The position numbers were made by a program, and so were the translations under genes. A stretch of DNA of 63,971 nt, filler included, from Ionaspis alba (taxonomy: Eukaryota), in assembly GCA_964255285.1 (NCBI GenBank). It is 3 parts of 3 records of this genome, joined end to end, with 100 filler letters (N's around TTAATTAATTAA, not from the genome) between each part and the next. Parts side by side here need not be neighbours in the genome. Positions count along the whole stretch, not along the records: positions 1 to 22,055 come from CAXUUL010000216.1; 2 more parts are not named here. One strand, given 5' to 3'. Shown here piece by piece: positions 1 through 14,685 of the stretch. The stretch's first letter is position 1. Every line of letters starts with the position of its first letter. The notes under the pieces were generated by a model, which saw only the letters and a program-made list of their open reading frames with translations, did not search any database and was not told the origin of the DNA.

Positions 1-1785
1 GAGCGGGCTTTGGCGAGACTAGTTGACGCGCCTCATCGAGGGTTTTGGGTACGATGATCGTGCCGTCGGCGGCTGTTCCGTCCCCTTGTACGTGCTGTTC
101 TTTGAGACGCCCGAAGAGTAGTTTGAGACTACTGTCCAGCGTGTTGCTGATATTCTTGAAACTTTGGTCAGCGGTTGTCCGGACGGCGTCGCTGGCTGTT
201 GTGAAAGCGCTGGTAGGAGGCTGGAAGAGGGTGCTAAGGCGGCGTTGATGACTTGGCGAGACAGGAGGCGAGGGTTTGGCGGTAGTAGAAGACGAGAGAG
301 GACGAGCCATGGGAACAGAAGTCGGGGGGCTCGGAGTGGCAGTCAGAGGGTTTGTTGCGGGCGATGAGAGGCTGGCTTGGGTTGGTAGTCCTGGATTCCA
401 GGGACTTGGGTTTTCGAATCTTGGCGTTGACGGTCGGCTGGATGACTTTGGAGGCCCCTCTAGAGCTTCATCAGCACGTAGACTAGCGAGATCGACAGTC
501 TCTAGAAATGTTATGGCGGCTTCGAGGTTTGTTAAGCAGTATGCTGCTTCGCCGTTGATTCTGTTGGCAGATCGAAATCTCTGAATGAAACTTAGATTGC
601 TGATGGCATTCACCCGCTCAGCAGGCGATGTAATCAAAGTGTAGATCAGTGTTGGTAGAATCTCATCTGCTGAAGATGATGATTGGTGTAGCTTTGTTAG
701 AAGATCGACAATATTTTGATGGGCAGATGTGAGGTTTTGTATCTTCGTCATTGGATTGCGAGACATGTTCATTCGAAATAGGCCTTCTCTCGCCTTTGAG
801 ATGCCTTCCTCAACCTGGGACGCAATTATCTGCGAGGAAGAGTCTGATGTACTCGATGCCTCCAAATCAATTCCGAGATCTTTTAGTCCAATGCCGACTA
901 GCGAAAGTGCAGCTGTTCGAGATCGAAGCTTCTCGTCTCTGACTTCATCCAAAGTACTCCGATGTCGCCAGATTCTATCGTATATACCTTCACACACTCT
1001 TTTCTCTACCGCCTCTTCCAATGCTACTCGCTTGTATTCTAACATTCTTCTCGCCTTCCTTCTTTCAGAAATCTCGTTTGGTGTGAGCATCTGTTGCTGC
1101 GGCGCGACTTTGTCAAGCAGGTTCAAGGTGTCCTTTGAAGTCTTGGATGTCAGCCGGGAGGCTGTCTTGGCATTTACTGAACTCTTTGAAGATATGGATG
1201 GGGCAGGCGAAGCTTCTCGGGACTGCTTGCTCGAGAGAGCCCGGATGTGTGTAGAGATGTGAGCTTCTGCCTGGACATAAAAGTCTTGGAAGATTTCAGA
1301 AAGCCTGTCGATGGATGGAGGTGTGGAGTAAACTTTCGCGGTTGTGAGGGAAGCAATGAATCTATAAACAAAGCTGTAGGTCAGTACAGACTGTACTAGC
1401 TAGACGTGACATACACATACCGGTCGGTCAAACTGATTAGCTCGATGGGTAGCTCATCAAAACCATCAGGAAGGCTGTCAATCGTCGCTTTAGAAGGTAG
1501 TCTTGCAGCTCTGGGTTCTCGAGAACTCTCCTCGGAGAGCCTTTTCTCGAAGACATCTTCTTGAGGCGGAATTTCTTCGAGGTTTCCATGAGAGAATTGT
1601 TGCTCATCCGGGCTTGACAATTCGTTGACCACCCCGTTTTGTAGGGTACTGGCTCTATTTCGTGAGGGAGTATCAGGCCTTCGCGGTTCGAAACGAGAAA
1701 AGGATTTGGAGGAGTGAAGGTTATGGGGACGCTTGGCCTCGATAGAAGCCAAACGATTCGCCGAGGAGGCCGGGTCTGTAGCCAT
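1..1785 (-). CDS. VPS9-domain Rab5 guanine-nucleotide exchange factor (Muk1/Vps9-like); 3' end runs off the window
   Basis: ATG at 1785 (MATDPASS), intron 1420-1362 (GTATGT...TAG). Exon 2 encodes SSSSADEILPTLIY...SNLSFIQRFR...GEAAYCLTNLEAAITFLE, the VPS9 catalytic signature. Confidence 0.88.
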
Positions 1786-1976
1786 GGCAGTGATGAATGT
1801 CCATCTGTCAGTGTTGTTGCGTAAGTGAGGTAGTAAGACTGGAGTTAGATCATCTGCTCCGAACAAACAAACCAGACTTGGTAACGGGTTATATTCTTGC
1901 AATAAAGAAATACAGTCTGGAAAGTACGAGACTTGCTTCCACAATGTCTCTCCTGTCTCTTGCCGCAGGGAAATCT

Positions 1977-1984
1977 AAAAAAAA
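1977..1984 (-). terminator. RNA polymerase III T8 terminator of the tRNA-Arg gene
   Basis: Eight T's on the minus strand, beginning 2 nt after the discriminator base at 1986. Confidence 0.8.
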
Positions 1985-1985
1985 T

Positions 1986-2107
1986 TGAACGTGCACGGGA
2001 TCGAACCGTGAATCTCCTGATTCGTACTATAGTCTATGTTATTACTAGCCATTATTCAAAGTATGGGGAGACGAACGTCAGGCGCCTTGCCATTGGGCCA
2101 CACGTCC
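1986..2107 (-). tRNA. tRNA-Arg(ACG) with a 50-nt insert (2076-2027) between positions 32 and 33
   Basis: Exon 1 (2107-2077) GGACGTGTGGCCCAATGGCAAGGCGCCTGAC plus exon 2 (2026-1986) TACGAATCAGGAGATTCACGGTTCGATCCCGTGCACGTTCA give a 72-nt cloverleaf: acceptor GGACGTG/CACGTTC, anticodon stem CCTGA/TCAGG, loop CT-ACG-AA, T-stem CACGG/CCGTG, T-loop TTCGATC. Confidence 0.93.
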
Positions 2108-2138
2108 ACATTTTAAATATTCCATTTTCAAAAATATC

Positions 2139-2146
2139 TATATATA
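2139..2146 (-). promoter_or_regulatory. TATA-like element at about -32 to -39 of the tRNA gene
   Basis: TATATATA inside the palindrome ATCTATATATAGAT in an AT-rich flank, at the position expected for TFIIIB binding. Confidence 0.5.
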
Positions 2147-2586
2147 GATGTTGATACAGTACAGAAAAAATTTCCTGAGAAAGGACATTTTCAAACAAGA
2201 TTACTTTTCGTATAATGTAAAGATATCGCATTTCACCATTATCTTTGTTATGTACTATGGGGTGCCTAAAGTGTATATACCTCTTAAGGGCAGGAATCTG
2301 CTTTAATGGACTAGCAGTATATGGTTTCAAGCGTCGTATACGATGTTGAAGGACATGTGCGTGGAGCCATTAATATAGGTATTATAAAAGAATGATGGAT
2401 TTCCCTGAGTTTCACACGACTTTGGTGACGGTTGCATCCCAAACTGCTCACGGAACTTTCCGCATCCGCGCATTTGTAGGATCATAGTCACAAGCCTCGA
2501 GGCGGAACAAATGCCCATGACTCGAACATGCAGTTTTGAAACCGACTATCAACGAATTTCCTCTTTCTTTATTTCTACACAACGCC

Positions 2587-4452
2587 ATGAAGGAATTTAG
2601 ATCATCACTGAAGACCTGCCCATCTGCTGGCCGGATCACCGCTCGATTGTTGTTGTCCTTCCTTGCCGTATCGCCATCGGTGGCGGGGAGTTGGGCCGAC
2701 AACTGGAACAGAGCAGCACAACAAGCTCCTCTACTTCCTTACCTTCCCCCTGCGACAGAAGGTAGTCCCGAAAACACCGAAATCCTGCCACAAGAGCACG
2801 ACTTCTCTTTGCGGCACATTTTTCACCACGGAGCCTATCTATACCCAAATCTACATCGCCGGCTGGATGTTAACATCGAGCAAGGAGTCCGGACAACAGA
2901 TGAAGATGGAGAGGAATTACCCATATCTTTACATGCGCGGTCGAACGGTATAAGTATACAAAGACTTGTGGATCGACGATCTGAGACTGTTCAGCCATTA
3001 TTGAGTGCCGCTCGACTCGATGGCAGACCGCCCACTCTTCCCGCTGCTGCCTGGACCACGGACGAGGTGGCGGCACCAAATGTCACGGACAAAGAGACCG
3101 TACTGAGCCTTGCACTCATGGCAGCGAATGCATACAACAAAGGACCGGGGATAGGGGATTGGGAGGATGTCAAGCACGGCTTCAATTTCTCCCAGAGTTT
3201 CGGATGGGAACAGGACGGGTTACAAGGGCACATATTTGCGGATAAGACGAACTCCACTATCGTCATCTCTTTGAAGGGGACTAGTGTCGCTGTGTTCGAC
3301 GGGGCAGGAACGACTACGAATGACAAGGAGAACGACAACCTATTTTCAGGCTGCTGTTGTGGCCAAGGCGGGCAGTATCTCTGGAAGACTGTTTGCGACT
3401 GCACCACCGCTGCCTATTCCTGCAATGAGACTTGTCTGATTAAATCTATGAGGGAGAGACATCGCTACTACCAGGCTGCCACCGAGCTCTATACTAATGT
3501 CACAGAGCTCTACCCCACTTCTGACGTTTGGATCACTGGCCACTCGTTGGGAGGCGTTGTCTCGAGTCTCTTAGGACTTACCTTCGGAGTGCCTGTCGTG
3601 ACTTTCGAGGCCTACGGAGACGCACTCGCTGCCGGCAGACTCGGACTCCCAACACCTCCCGATATGGGAACGAAACGTATTCAAACCAGACAGAATACTG
3701 GGGCCCATCATTTCGGACATACTGCCGATCCTGTCTTCATGGGCTCATGCAATGCAGCCACTTCTGGGTGCACCCTCGCAGGCTTTGCCCTACAGTCACA
3801 ATGCCATACCGGTAAGATTTGCGTTTACGACGTGGTCGAGGACAAGAAGTGGCGGGTTTCTCTTTCAACGCACAGCATCAGAGCTGTCATCCGAGATGTC
3901 ATTAGAGGATATGATGATGTACCGCCTTGTGTAACGGATGAAGAATGTGTCGATTGCTACAATTGGAAGATGTTCAAGAGCAACGGATCGGAGGTGACAA
4001 CCACAAAGTCGAGTACATCTACCTCGACTGCCACCTCATACACACGCACCGAAACGTGCAAAACGCCTGGCTGGTTTGGGTGCCTAGTAAGTCAACTCCT
4101 TATTACTCCTTCATAACTCGAGGCTGATGTCGTTACCTCTTTCAAGGATTCTAGTACCACAACGACGACAACATCATCTTCTTTGAGCACCACGTCAACC
4201 TCAACCAGCACCACAGTTACTTGCACACACTACGGCTGGTTCGGAGGTTGTCTTGATCCGACGACGACAACAACGACCACACCAGCGTCGACAGTAGCCG
4301 CATCCATGACGACTGTCCCTAGGGTGTCCGCAACCGTCACGACACCATTGACACCATCCCACACGTGTTTAACCCCAGGTATTTTCTGGGGTTGCAAGGA
4401 CAAGACTACGACTGTCGAAGCTCATGCAATGACAGCAGCCCCAGGTCTTTGA
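2587..4452 (+). CDS. ATG15: Autophagy-related lipase Atg15
   Basis: [42 protein letters not shown] and the GHSLGG lipase motif; intron 4087-4146; Thr-rich C-terminal tail. Confidence 0.95.
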
Positions 4453-5041
4453 GTTTGTATCGTAGAGCGCGGAGCGCCTCATATTGCAGAAGTTTTGAGT
4501 GGAGGTGACCTTTTCGAAGGATAAGGCGACACGCTATGAGAATATGACGGTTGAGGCTCCAGCAAGAGGGACCGAGGGCTTTGCGGGGTGTCTAGCATTT
4601 TGGAGCAGGCATTTGGTTGCACAGGTTTTGAAAGCATAGCGCGGAGTTTGGGATAGTGATGGATGACGTGGAAATTGATATACCGGAAGGGCATCCATAG
4701 CTATAGATTGTATCTATTATACATCTTGATTTTCATTTTGCTTCTTTCAATTTAAAAAACACCCCCCGATGTGCTGGTGAATTTCATGGCCCTGGTTTCG
4801 ATAGTTTCCTGATGTTCCTTATGCCACTGACTATGCGTAGAGGACATCGAGTTATACGGAAACTGCTTCCGGTCAAATTTCAGTTGCCTGTGACAGTCAT
4901 GAGCGTTCAAAAAGAAGAAATGGCGGGTGAATTGCTGTAAGTATGCTGGCTACGCTAAGCTAGCTTGCGGCTATACTCGTTGCCTGCTCACACACCACTC
5001 AGCTGTCCTGACAAGTCCAACCAAAGAAGAGTGCACCCAAT

Positions 5042-6626
5042 CTAGTTCATCTGCTTGATCAAAGCATTGATCTTGTCCTCCCGATTTCCCAAATCGCCAC
5101 CCTCGACGAAGTGCTTAAACTTCCTTGTCCTAAATCCACCAGTGGGATTGCTAAGCTTGAACGGCCATAAGAAGTTGCTTGCCTGCTTAAAGTTGGGTCC
5201 CACAGTGTAGATCTCGTGGATCAAGTCCTCCATGCATACAATTCCTAACTTACCAAGACTGGCTTCAACGATCTGGTTGTCCGTAAGAGGAATACGTTGC
5301 TTGTCAACCTTCCCATATCCACGCTTGTAGATGAGTTCGCGGACAGTCTTGATTGATGGGTATCCGTAGGCGATCCAGGGTTCCACGACTTTGAGCATCT
5401 CGCCAGTGGCTTTGGTCATGCGGACGAAAACTCCATTATTGATTTGGAGAAGACGAAGGAGTTGGAGGATCTTGCGGGGTTTGGGAGCGATCTTGTTGAT
5501 ACTATTGAGACACGCGTTAGCAGTGACAAAGGTGATTTGTGTCGGAGGCTTTGCTTACCCCTTAATTCGGACAACGAAGATGAGCTTAGCCTCGGCCGGG
5601 ACATAGTAGGTGCCTTCTTGCTTGCTCAAGCGGTGAAGGCGGATCTTTTCACGCTCTGCATCGCGGTACTCCTTAACGTAGGATTCGGCACGTTTGAAAA
5701 TGACACCACGCTTCTCCTTAGCAGCCTATTGTTTTACCACCGTCGTCAGTGGCATCCTTGTTTTTCGTAGAAGAAAATTGAGAGAGAGGAACGACGACGA
5801 TTTCAGTCCCGAAAGATGGTTAACAAGACGACAACATTGACTCGAAAGCCTAGTCGCGAGTATGGTGTATATCATCACCATCGTGTAGCACCCCACAAGG
5901 TAACAGAAATTCCAACAATACCATACCTTCTTCCTCTTCTGTAGCTCAGCAGACTTCTCCTCACGAGCCTTCTCTTGACTCTTACGCTTCTTCAAGAGAG
6001 TCTCTGGGACCATGATATCATCGTGAGTAGGGACGGATCTGTACAAATGGCGAAAAGTCGCCAGGTCAGTATAGTCTGTCCAACAAGATAGATAATAAAT
6101 TACGCCGAGTGAGAAGAATTGCAGCATGAGCAGCATTCTCGGATTTGAGTATCGACTCGACGAAATATATTTGATCGGTGAGGTCGACTCCTGCTACTAA
6201 GCTCTGTCCCAGACGGAACTCGAGCCGGTCACAAGGAACCATTTCCTCAATCGACAAGACCCCAAGCAAAGCTCAGGAAGTATGCACACACATGTTCGAG
6301 CCCCCATTTATCACCTGCGAGGCGGGCAAGCTGATGATCGAAGGTCGAGTGCGGCACTTTATTTAGAGGAGAAGAGCAAAATCTTCAGCCTCAAAACCCC
6401 AGTGCCAATTGTCTGCGAAGAATTGCGTGACAGATGGCTATGGGACTGATCAAGCTGGTACTAGCATCCTTGGTTGCTCAAGGTGTAGTTACCCCAGCGG
6501 GTATGGCCACGACTATAGCTGACTTTGACTTCGAGCAGTGTTGGAAAGATGGTGGTGTCAAGGGGAGCCATACTTTTTGTCCGATTTCTTGTCCGACTTG
6601 GACAGTTTCGAGTCTTTGGGTGCCAT
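5042..6626 (-). CDS. RPL7: 60S ribosomal protein L7 (uL30), 4 exons
   Basis: Exons 6626-6574 (MAPKDSKL...), 6038-5927 ([10 protein letters not shown]), 5725-5559, 5501-5042 ([13 protein letters not shown]...[15 protein letters not shown]); all introns GT-AG and frame-consistent. Confidence 0.96.
5797..5884 (-). ncRNA. Box C/D snoRNA in RPL7 intron 2 (snR39B/SNORD2-type LSU rRNA methylation guide)
   Basis: Terminal stem ACGAT/ATCGT, C box GTGATGA (5878-5872), D box CTGA (5806-5803) preceded by ACCATCTTTCGGG, which is complementary to the conserved LSU rRNA stretch CCCGAAAGAUGGU. Confidence 0.85.
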
Positions 6627-6884
6627 CGCGGTGACCGGTGATGCGCCAAGTGGAGGGTATCGCGGTATGCTGTTGTGGTTTTCTACGTCAAGTAAACCTT
6701 CGGTACAATTTTCACAGTGAGGATGTGGGCGAAGCTAGTGCTCTCGCTAAAGAATCACGCCAACGAAGCCCCGAGAAGCGCGGGCTTGGCGGGCTTCAAT
6801 CCTACGCACGGGCTTACTCTATCATTGTTATACCCCCAATAACTTCCACCATTTCTCGGTTGCTCCTGCAACAACTGTACCACG

Positions 6885-7725
6885 ATGTCCGCTCGTCGAG
6901 GCCGTGGGGTGGGTCTTTCCGCCTTTCAAAAACACTCCTCCCTCACATCCTCATACGCAACCCATGGCGCTGCATTACGCTCGACGAATGTCACTTCCCT
7001 CCAAACCCAGCTGTCCGTCTTCCAACAGTTGCTCCACACGTTCGCTCTTCAGCACTCCGAGACCATCAAGCAAAACCCGACCTTCCGAGCCGAGTTTGCT
7101 CGCATGTGTAATGCAATTGGTGTAGACCCTCTCGCAGGCAGTAATGTGGCGGGCAAGAAGAAGGGAAAGGGCAACTGGTGGACACAGATCATGGGCGGAG
7201 ATATGGAGGATTTCTACTTGAAGGTTGCGTTGAGAGTTGTGGAGGTGTGCAGAGCGTCAAGAGGAGAGAATGGAGGATTGATGGCGGTCGAGGAGTGTAA
7301 GAGGTTGGTAGGGAAAGGAAAGGCGATTGGTGGGGGGATGGAGGTGAGTGAGTACGTGCAATCTTTGGCCTGAGAGGTGATAATCTGGATCAGTGTACTG
7401 ATCCGTATGCAGGGATGATATCCTCCGGGCTGTCAAATACCTCAAACCGCTTGGATCCGGCTTCTCAATCATCACCGTTGGTAGCAAGCAGATGATCCGA
7501 TCAATACCGAAAGAGCTGAACACGGACCAGGCAACGGTTCTCGAAGTTCTACAGGTCCTCGGCTATGTGACAGTATCCATGCTCGAAGACAACCTGAAGT
7601 GGGAAAACGCAAGGGTGCAGACTGTAATCGAAGATCTGATGGCAGACTCGCTCATTTGGGTGGATGACAAGGCCCAGGAAAAAGAATATTGGTCGCCAAC
7701 ATTCTTGCATGATTTGGACGACTGA
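6885..7725 (+). CDS. SNF8: ESCRT-II subunit Vps22/Snf8 (EAP30)
   Basis: MSARRGRGVGLSAF, FRAEFARMCNAIGVDPLA, IRSIPKELNTDQATVLE; intron 7352-7412. Confidence 0.95.
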
Positions 7726-7885
7726 AGAGGCATGAATGTCTTTGTGCAAGCCTATTTCGTCCACTCTGACGCAAAATCCTACACGCCATTTTCAATGCCA
7801 AGCAGAGCGCCAAAGGGAGCCAATGCACATCCATAGATGCCACAACAGATGGGAACGCCAAAGGAGAAAGGCCAGCACAATTAGC

Positions 7886-10786
7886 TTATGCTTTGATGGC
7901 TCCACCGAGAGCACCCCCACCGAACTGCTGTCCACCACGAGTCCTGGCTCCACCTCTATCGCCTCGCATTCCTCCTCTACCGCCTCTACCACCACGACCA
8001 CCTCGCTGACCACCTTGCCTTTCGAAAGCATTGGCCATACCTTGCGTTCTTGTTTCCAGCGTTCTTTCGTTCGCTTCGATGAGTCCGCTGGCTTTATCAC
8101 TCAGCGTGAGAGCGAGGCTTTGCAGTCTTGACAGCTCCACGCCCTTTCGGAAGATAATGGCACTATTGACTTGGTCGAGGGCTGCCGCAAGCTCTTCGTG
8201 AGAAATCATCTTGCTGACGACAGCCGCGACCTTCCGCTCCGAAAGCTCAAACATCGTTGCAAGAGTGTTGACGGCAAGGGTATCGTAGAAAGGAGCATAG
8301 GTGAAGAGGTATGTCCGCAGGCCTTCCTCTTGGATCTGCTCCGAGAGCATCATCTTGATCTTGTCGGAATCTGCCATCAAGTCCCAAATCTTGATTGAAT
8401 TGATCAGCTCGACTGCCCTCTTCCATTCCCCAGCGGCTAATGCCCTTGAGGCTTGCATGACATGATCCCGCGTGTTTTCGGGTGGTCCAGTGAAAATCTG
8501 ACGCTCATGAAATTCGAGGTATCTGCGGTATGTCTTGCTGATGACACGCTTCTTTATGTCTGGTGAAGAGCCAGTCTGTGCGAGAAGTGGGATCTCTAGG
8601 AGCATCGAGCAGGTTAGGTAGACACACTCTAGTAGTTCGAGATTGATGTGCATGTGGAATGGAAGTTGACGTTGTCTCTCCAAGCGCTCTTGCTCAGGCG
8701 TGACTTGTGAATAGCGCTGGATCATGACACCTTGTGCCAACAACTCCTTTTGTCTTCCACTGCCACAGATCTCTTGCAGCGTGTTCTGTGACTCATAGAC
8801 AAGACCGGCTCGGAAAGCACATAGACCGACTTGGACGAGTGTACGATTGAACAAGATCTGTGTGCTAATGTCGAAGTTCCCGATTGTCTCTTGTAAATGG
8901 GACATGAGCAGCATATCGCGGGCACGGTAATACTGATCGTGAAGAGCGCAGAAATAGACCTGGCAAAGATAGGCGCGTCCACGGATGATGTCTGTGCTGT
9001 TTTTGAAGAGATAGGTGCACAGCGTTTGCATCAGCGCAGCGGTGTTTGGGATCTTTCCTCGTGGAGTTATCTTCGAATCGAGCTCGGAAGGGACGGATTT
9101 CCAAGCATTCTCTTCTAGGATGTTAACGACAGAAGAAGGCTGGAAATAACTATTAGCTATGCTGCGAACGAAGAAGATAGTCTACGAACCTTGAAGTAAA
9201 TATGTTCCACTCTTCTCATTACCAGCCGATTGGCATTCTCTTGAGGCGTCTCTAGCTTAGGGTCTGTCTTCAATTCCTCAATGTACAACAGGGCACGGAG
9301 TATCTTGTTGTAAAGAGATTGCTCGTCACTAAGACGCTCGATATACTCCGCAGTATGAGGGTCGATGTGCTGAAGGGATCGTGTGAGCTCGTCGTCAAGA
9401 CGTTCAACAATGGAAACTATGCTCCCTGGCACACGTAGCCTTTCGTCACCAGTAGGTTGTGGAGGCTTTTCGTCATCCTCCCATGGCTCAGCATTCTCAA
9501 CGACGACTATATCACGGTTGTCTTCCAATACTTCGAGCAGATTCTTGAACTCTTGATCGGCCCTATATTGATGGTTAGCTGGTTGTCAGCATACTGTAGA
9601 AAATCGTCGTATCTTACATTTTCCACTGCTCCTGAGACATGAAAGTCGCCGAAGACCCGGTAGTCAAATCGAAGCGTGTAGAGATAATGGTGAGGAGTAC
9701 TCTAATTTTTTGGTAAGGAGTTACAGCGACCGCGAGCAGTCTCTCCATCGTCCGGATATGCTCCGTCCTGTCGGTGTTTTTCTTTCCTCTCGACTCGGTG
9801 ATAGTGCGTAGATGTGCAAAGATACTCTCGGGGGTGTACTGCAAGGTTCGCCCACCCCGTCCAACGGTTGAAAAGCCCAGGTCGTCATCCACCTCCGCAT
9901 TGCTGATATAGACGTCCTTTTTGCTACTCCTTTTNNNNNNNNNNNNNNNNNNNNNNNNNNNNNNNNNNNNNNNNNNNNNNNNNNNNNNNNNNNNNNNNNN
10001 NNNNNNNNNNNNNNNNNNNNNNNNNNNNNNNNNNGGTCGTCATCCACCTCCGCATTGCTGATATAGACGTCCTTTTTGCTACTCCTTTTCTCGACGGGTG
10101 CCGACTCCTCCTCCTCATCCGACATCATGTAGTCAAACTTATCTTCTCGATACTTTTCAATCTCGGTCGCATAGTCCTTGTTATTCCGCTTGATCTTCTG
10201 CTTCATGGCGTTGAGGCCCTTGGCATTTGTGGCATTCATTTTCTTAGTAGTGACCTTCTGCTTTGCTATTGTCTCGTTCATAAGATCTTCTAGGTCGGAT
10301 ACCGTCTTGATGTAAGCCTTAGGAGCTTTGTCGGCAGCTGCAATCTTGGTGACTTGACGATTTAATTTATCAAACTCTGTAAGAGAAGAGATTAGCTCAA
10401 GCACCTGGAATGGTCCCTCATTGTGGTAACGTACCAGTAGATATGGAACTCCAGTCATTGATCTTGATAGCGTTGTCGATCAGCTTGATCACCCCCTCCA
10501 ACTCCTCTAATCTCTTGTTCTTTGCGCTCTTGACGACTTTTGGAGTATCCTCATCTGAACTGGCGCCTTCACTCGACGCAGCATCTTTCAAGAACTTGGA
10601 CACCCCAGTTTTACCACCTTCATCCTCAGACGACGAAGACTCCTCATCCTCATCCTCGTCCGAATCTTCACTTGACTCTTCCTCCTCCGATTTCTGCTGT
10701 GCTTCTTCCTCGCTGTAGAGCTCCTCCTCGTCCTCCGAACTGCTCTCGCTGGAGCTATCGCCTGCGGCAAAGAAACGTGAGGACAT
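7886..10786 (-). CDS. NIP1: Translation initiation factor 3 subunit C (eIF3c)
   Basis: MSSRFF followed by an acidic N-terminus; [14 protein letters not shown] and [17 protein letters not shown] domain; RGG tail. Introns 10434-10377, 9617-9563, 9189-9140. Spans an N gap with duplicated flanks. Confidence 0.96.
9935..10034. other. Scaffold gap with about 55-bp duplicated flanks (assembly artefact)
   Basis: GGTCGTCATCCACCTCCG...CTACTCCTTTT occurs both immediately left (about 9880-9934) and right (from 10035) of the 100 N's. Confidence 0.9.
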
Positions 10787-11617
10787 CGTGAGTATTGCTT
10801 GCGTATGAGAGAGAGGAGTCAAAAGGTACAGAAGTTGATTTTATATCGATTTGTGGAGAGCCTGCTGTTGACTCACTTACTAGGTTCTGTGCGGCGAACC
10901 TACGAGCTTTAAGCGAGCCTGCCGTGGTTAAACCAACCGAATTGGCTAGCGTGGTTTTCAGGTCCTCTTTTGAGGCAAAAGAAACTGATCACTATAAATG
11001 GGATGACTATCTTCTTTCACTACACTCATACTATGAGTCACTGGGCTCAGCCTACTTACGGTACATAGTTGCGTATCGATAGCACGTTCTAAGCCACGGA
11101 AGATATGTTTGAGCCTGCAGACAGCTGTGCGGTCCGTGATGAATTCAACTTAGGCACAAAATGCTGCCGAGTTTTTTGAATTGCCATATACAAACGACGC
11201 CATGATCTCCATCGCTATGAAGGAAAACCTCCCATGTCGTTGATCTTACACCACGACCCAATGAATCCTAACAATGATTGCAAGTTACCATTTTCATTCA
11301 CCTCCGATGCACACAAGTAGACTTACTGGTGGCAATCCATAATACGGTGTATGTGAGACTAATGATTGGAGACCAAAGTTTCTGATCCACCGGAGGGTGG
11401 ACTCTCGCGCTCGTTGCCTGGCATGGCACAAGTCCAACGTAAGTGAACGAAGGCTTGGTCATAAAGTGCATCTTCTTTTATTCAGCTCATAATTCACGGT
11501 CTCCTCCTGAGACCGTATTCCACGATATGACCGCGGCGATACCTGCTGAGAAATCTTGCTGGGACGGCATGCCTCTCTCTCGCGAAGAAGAGCTCAGAAA
11601 GAAAGGCTGCTCAACCT

Positions 11618-14685
<3,068 letters not shown>

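Noticed and set aside
2022..2071. Reading the tRNA as tRNA-Glu(TTC) with a canonical 37/38 intron, or as Arg(TCG)
   Set aside because: Glu needs G at the invariant U33 and the body resembles Arg(ACG) tRNAs; Arg(TCG) needs an extra base in the loop and a pyrimidine at 37. The GT..AG excision gives a flawless loop.
9880..10089. Apparent 55-bp direct repeat within eIF3c
   Set aside because: The copies flank a 100-N gap exactly, the pattern of an unmerged contig overlap; collapsing them restores the ORF.
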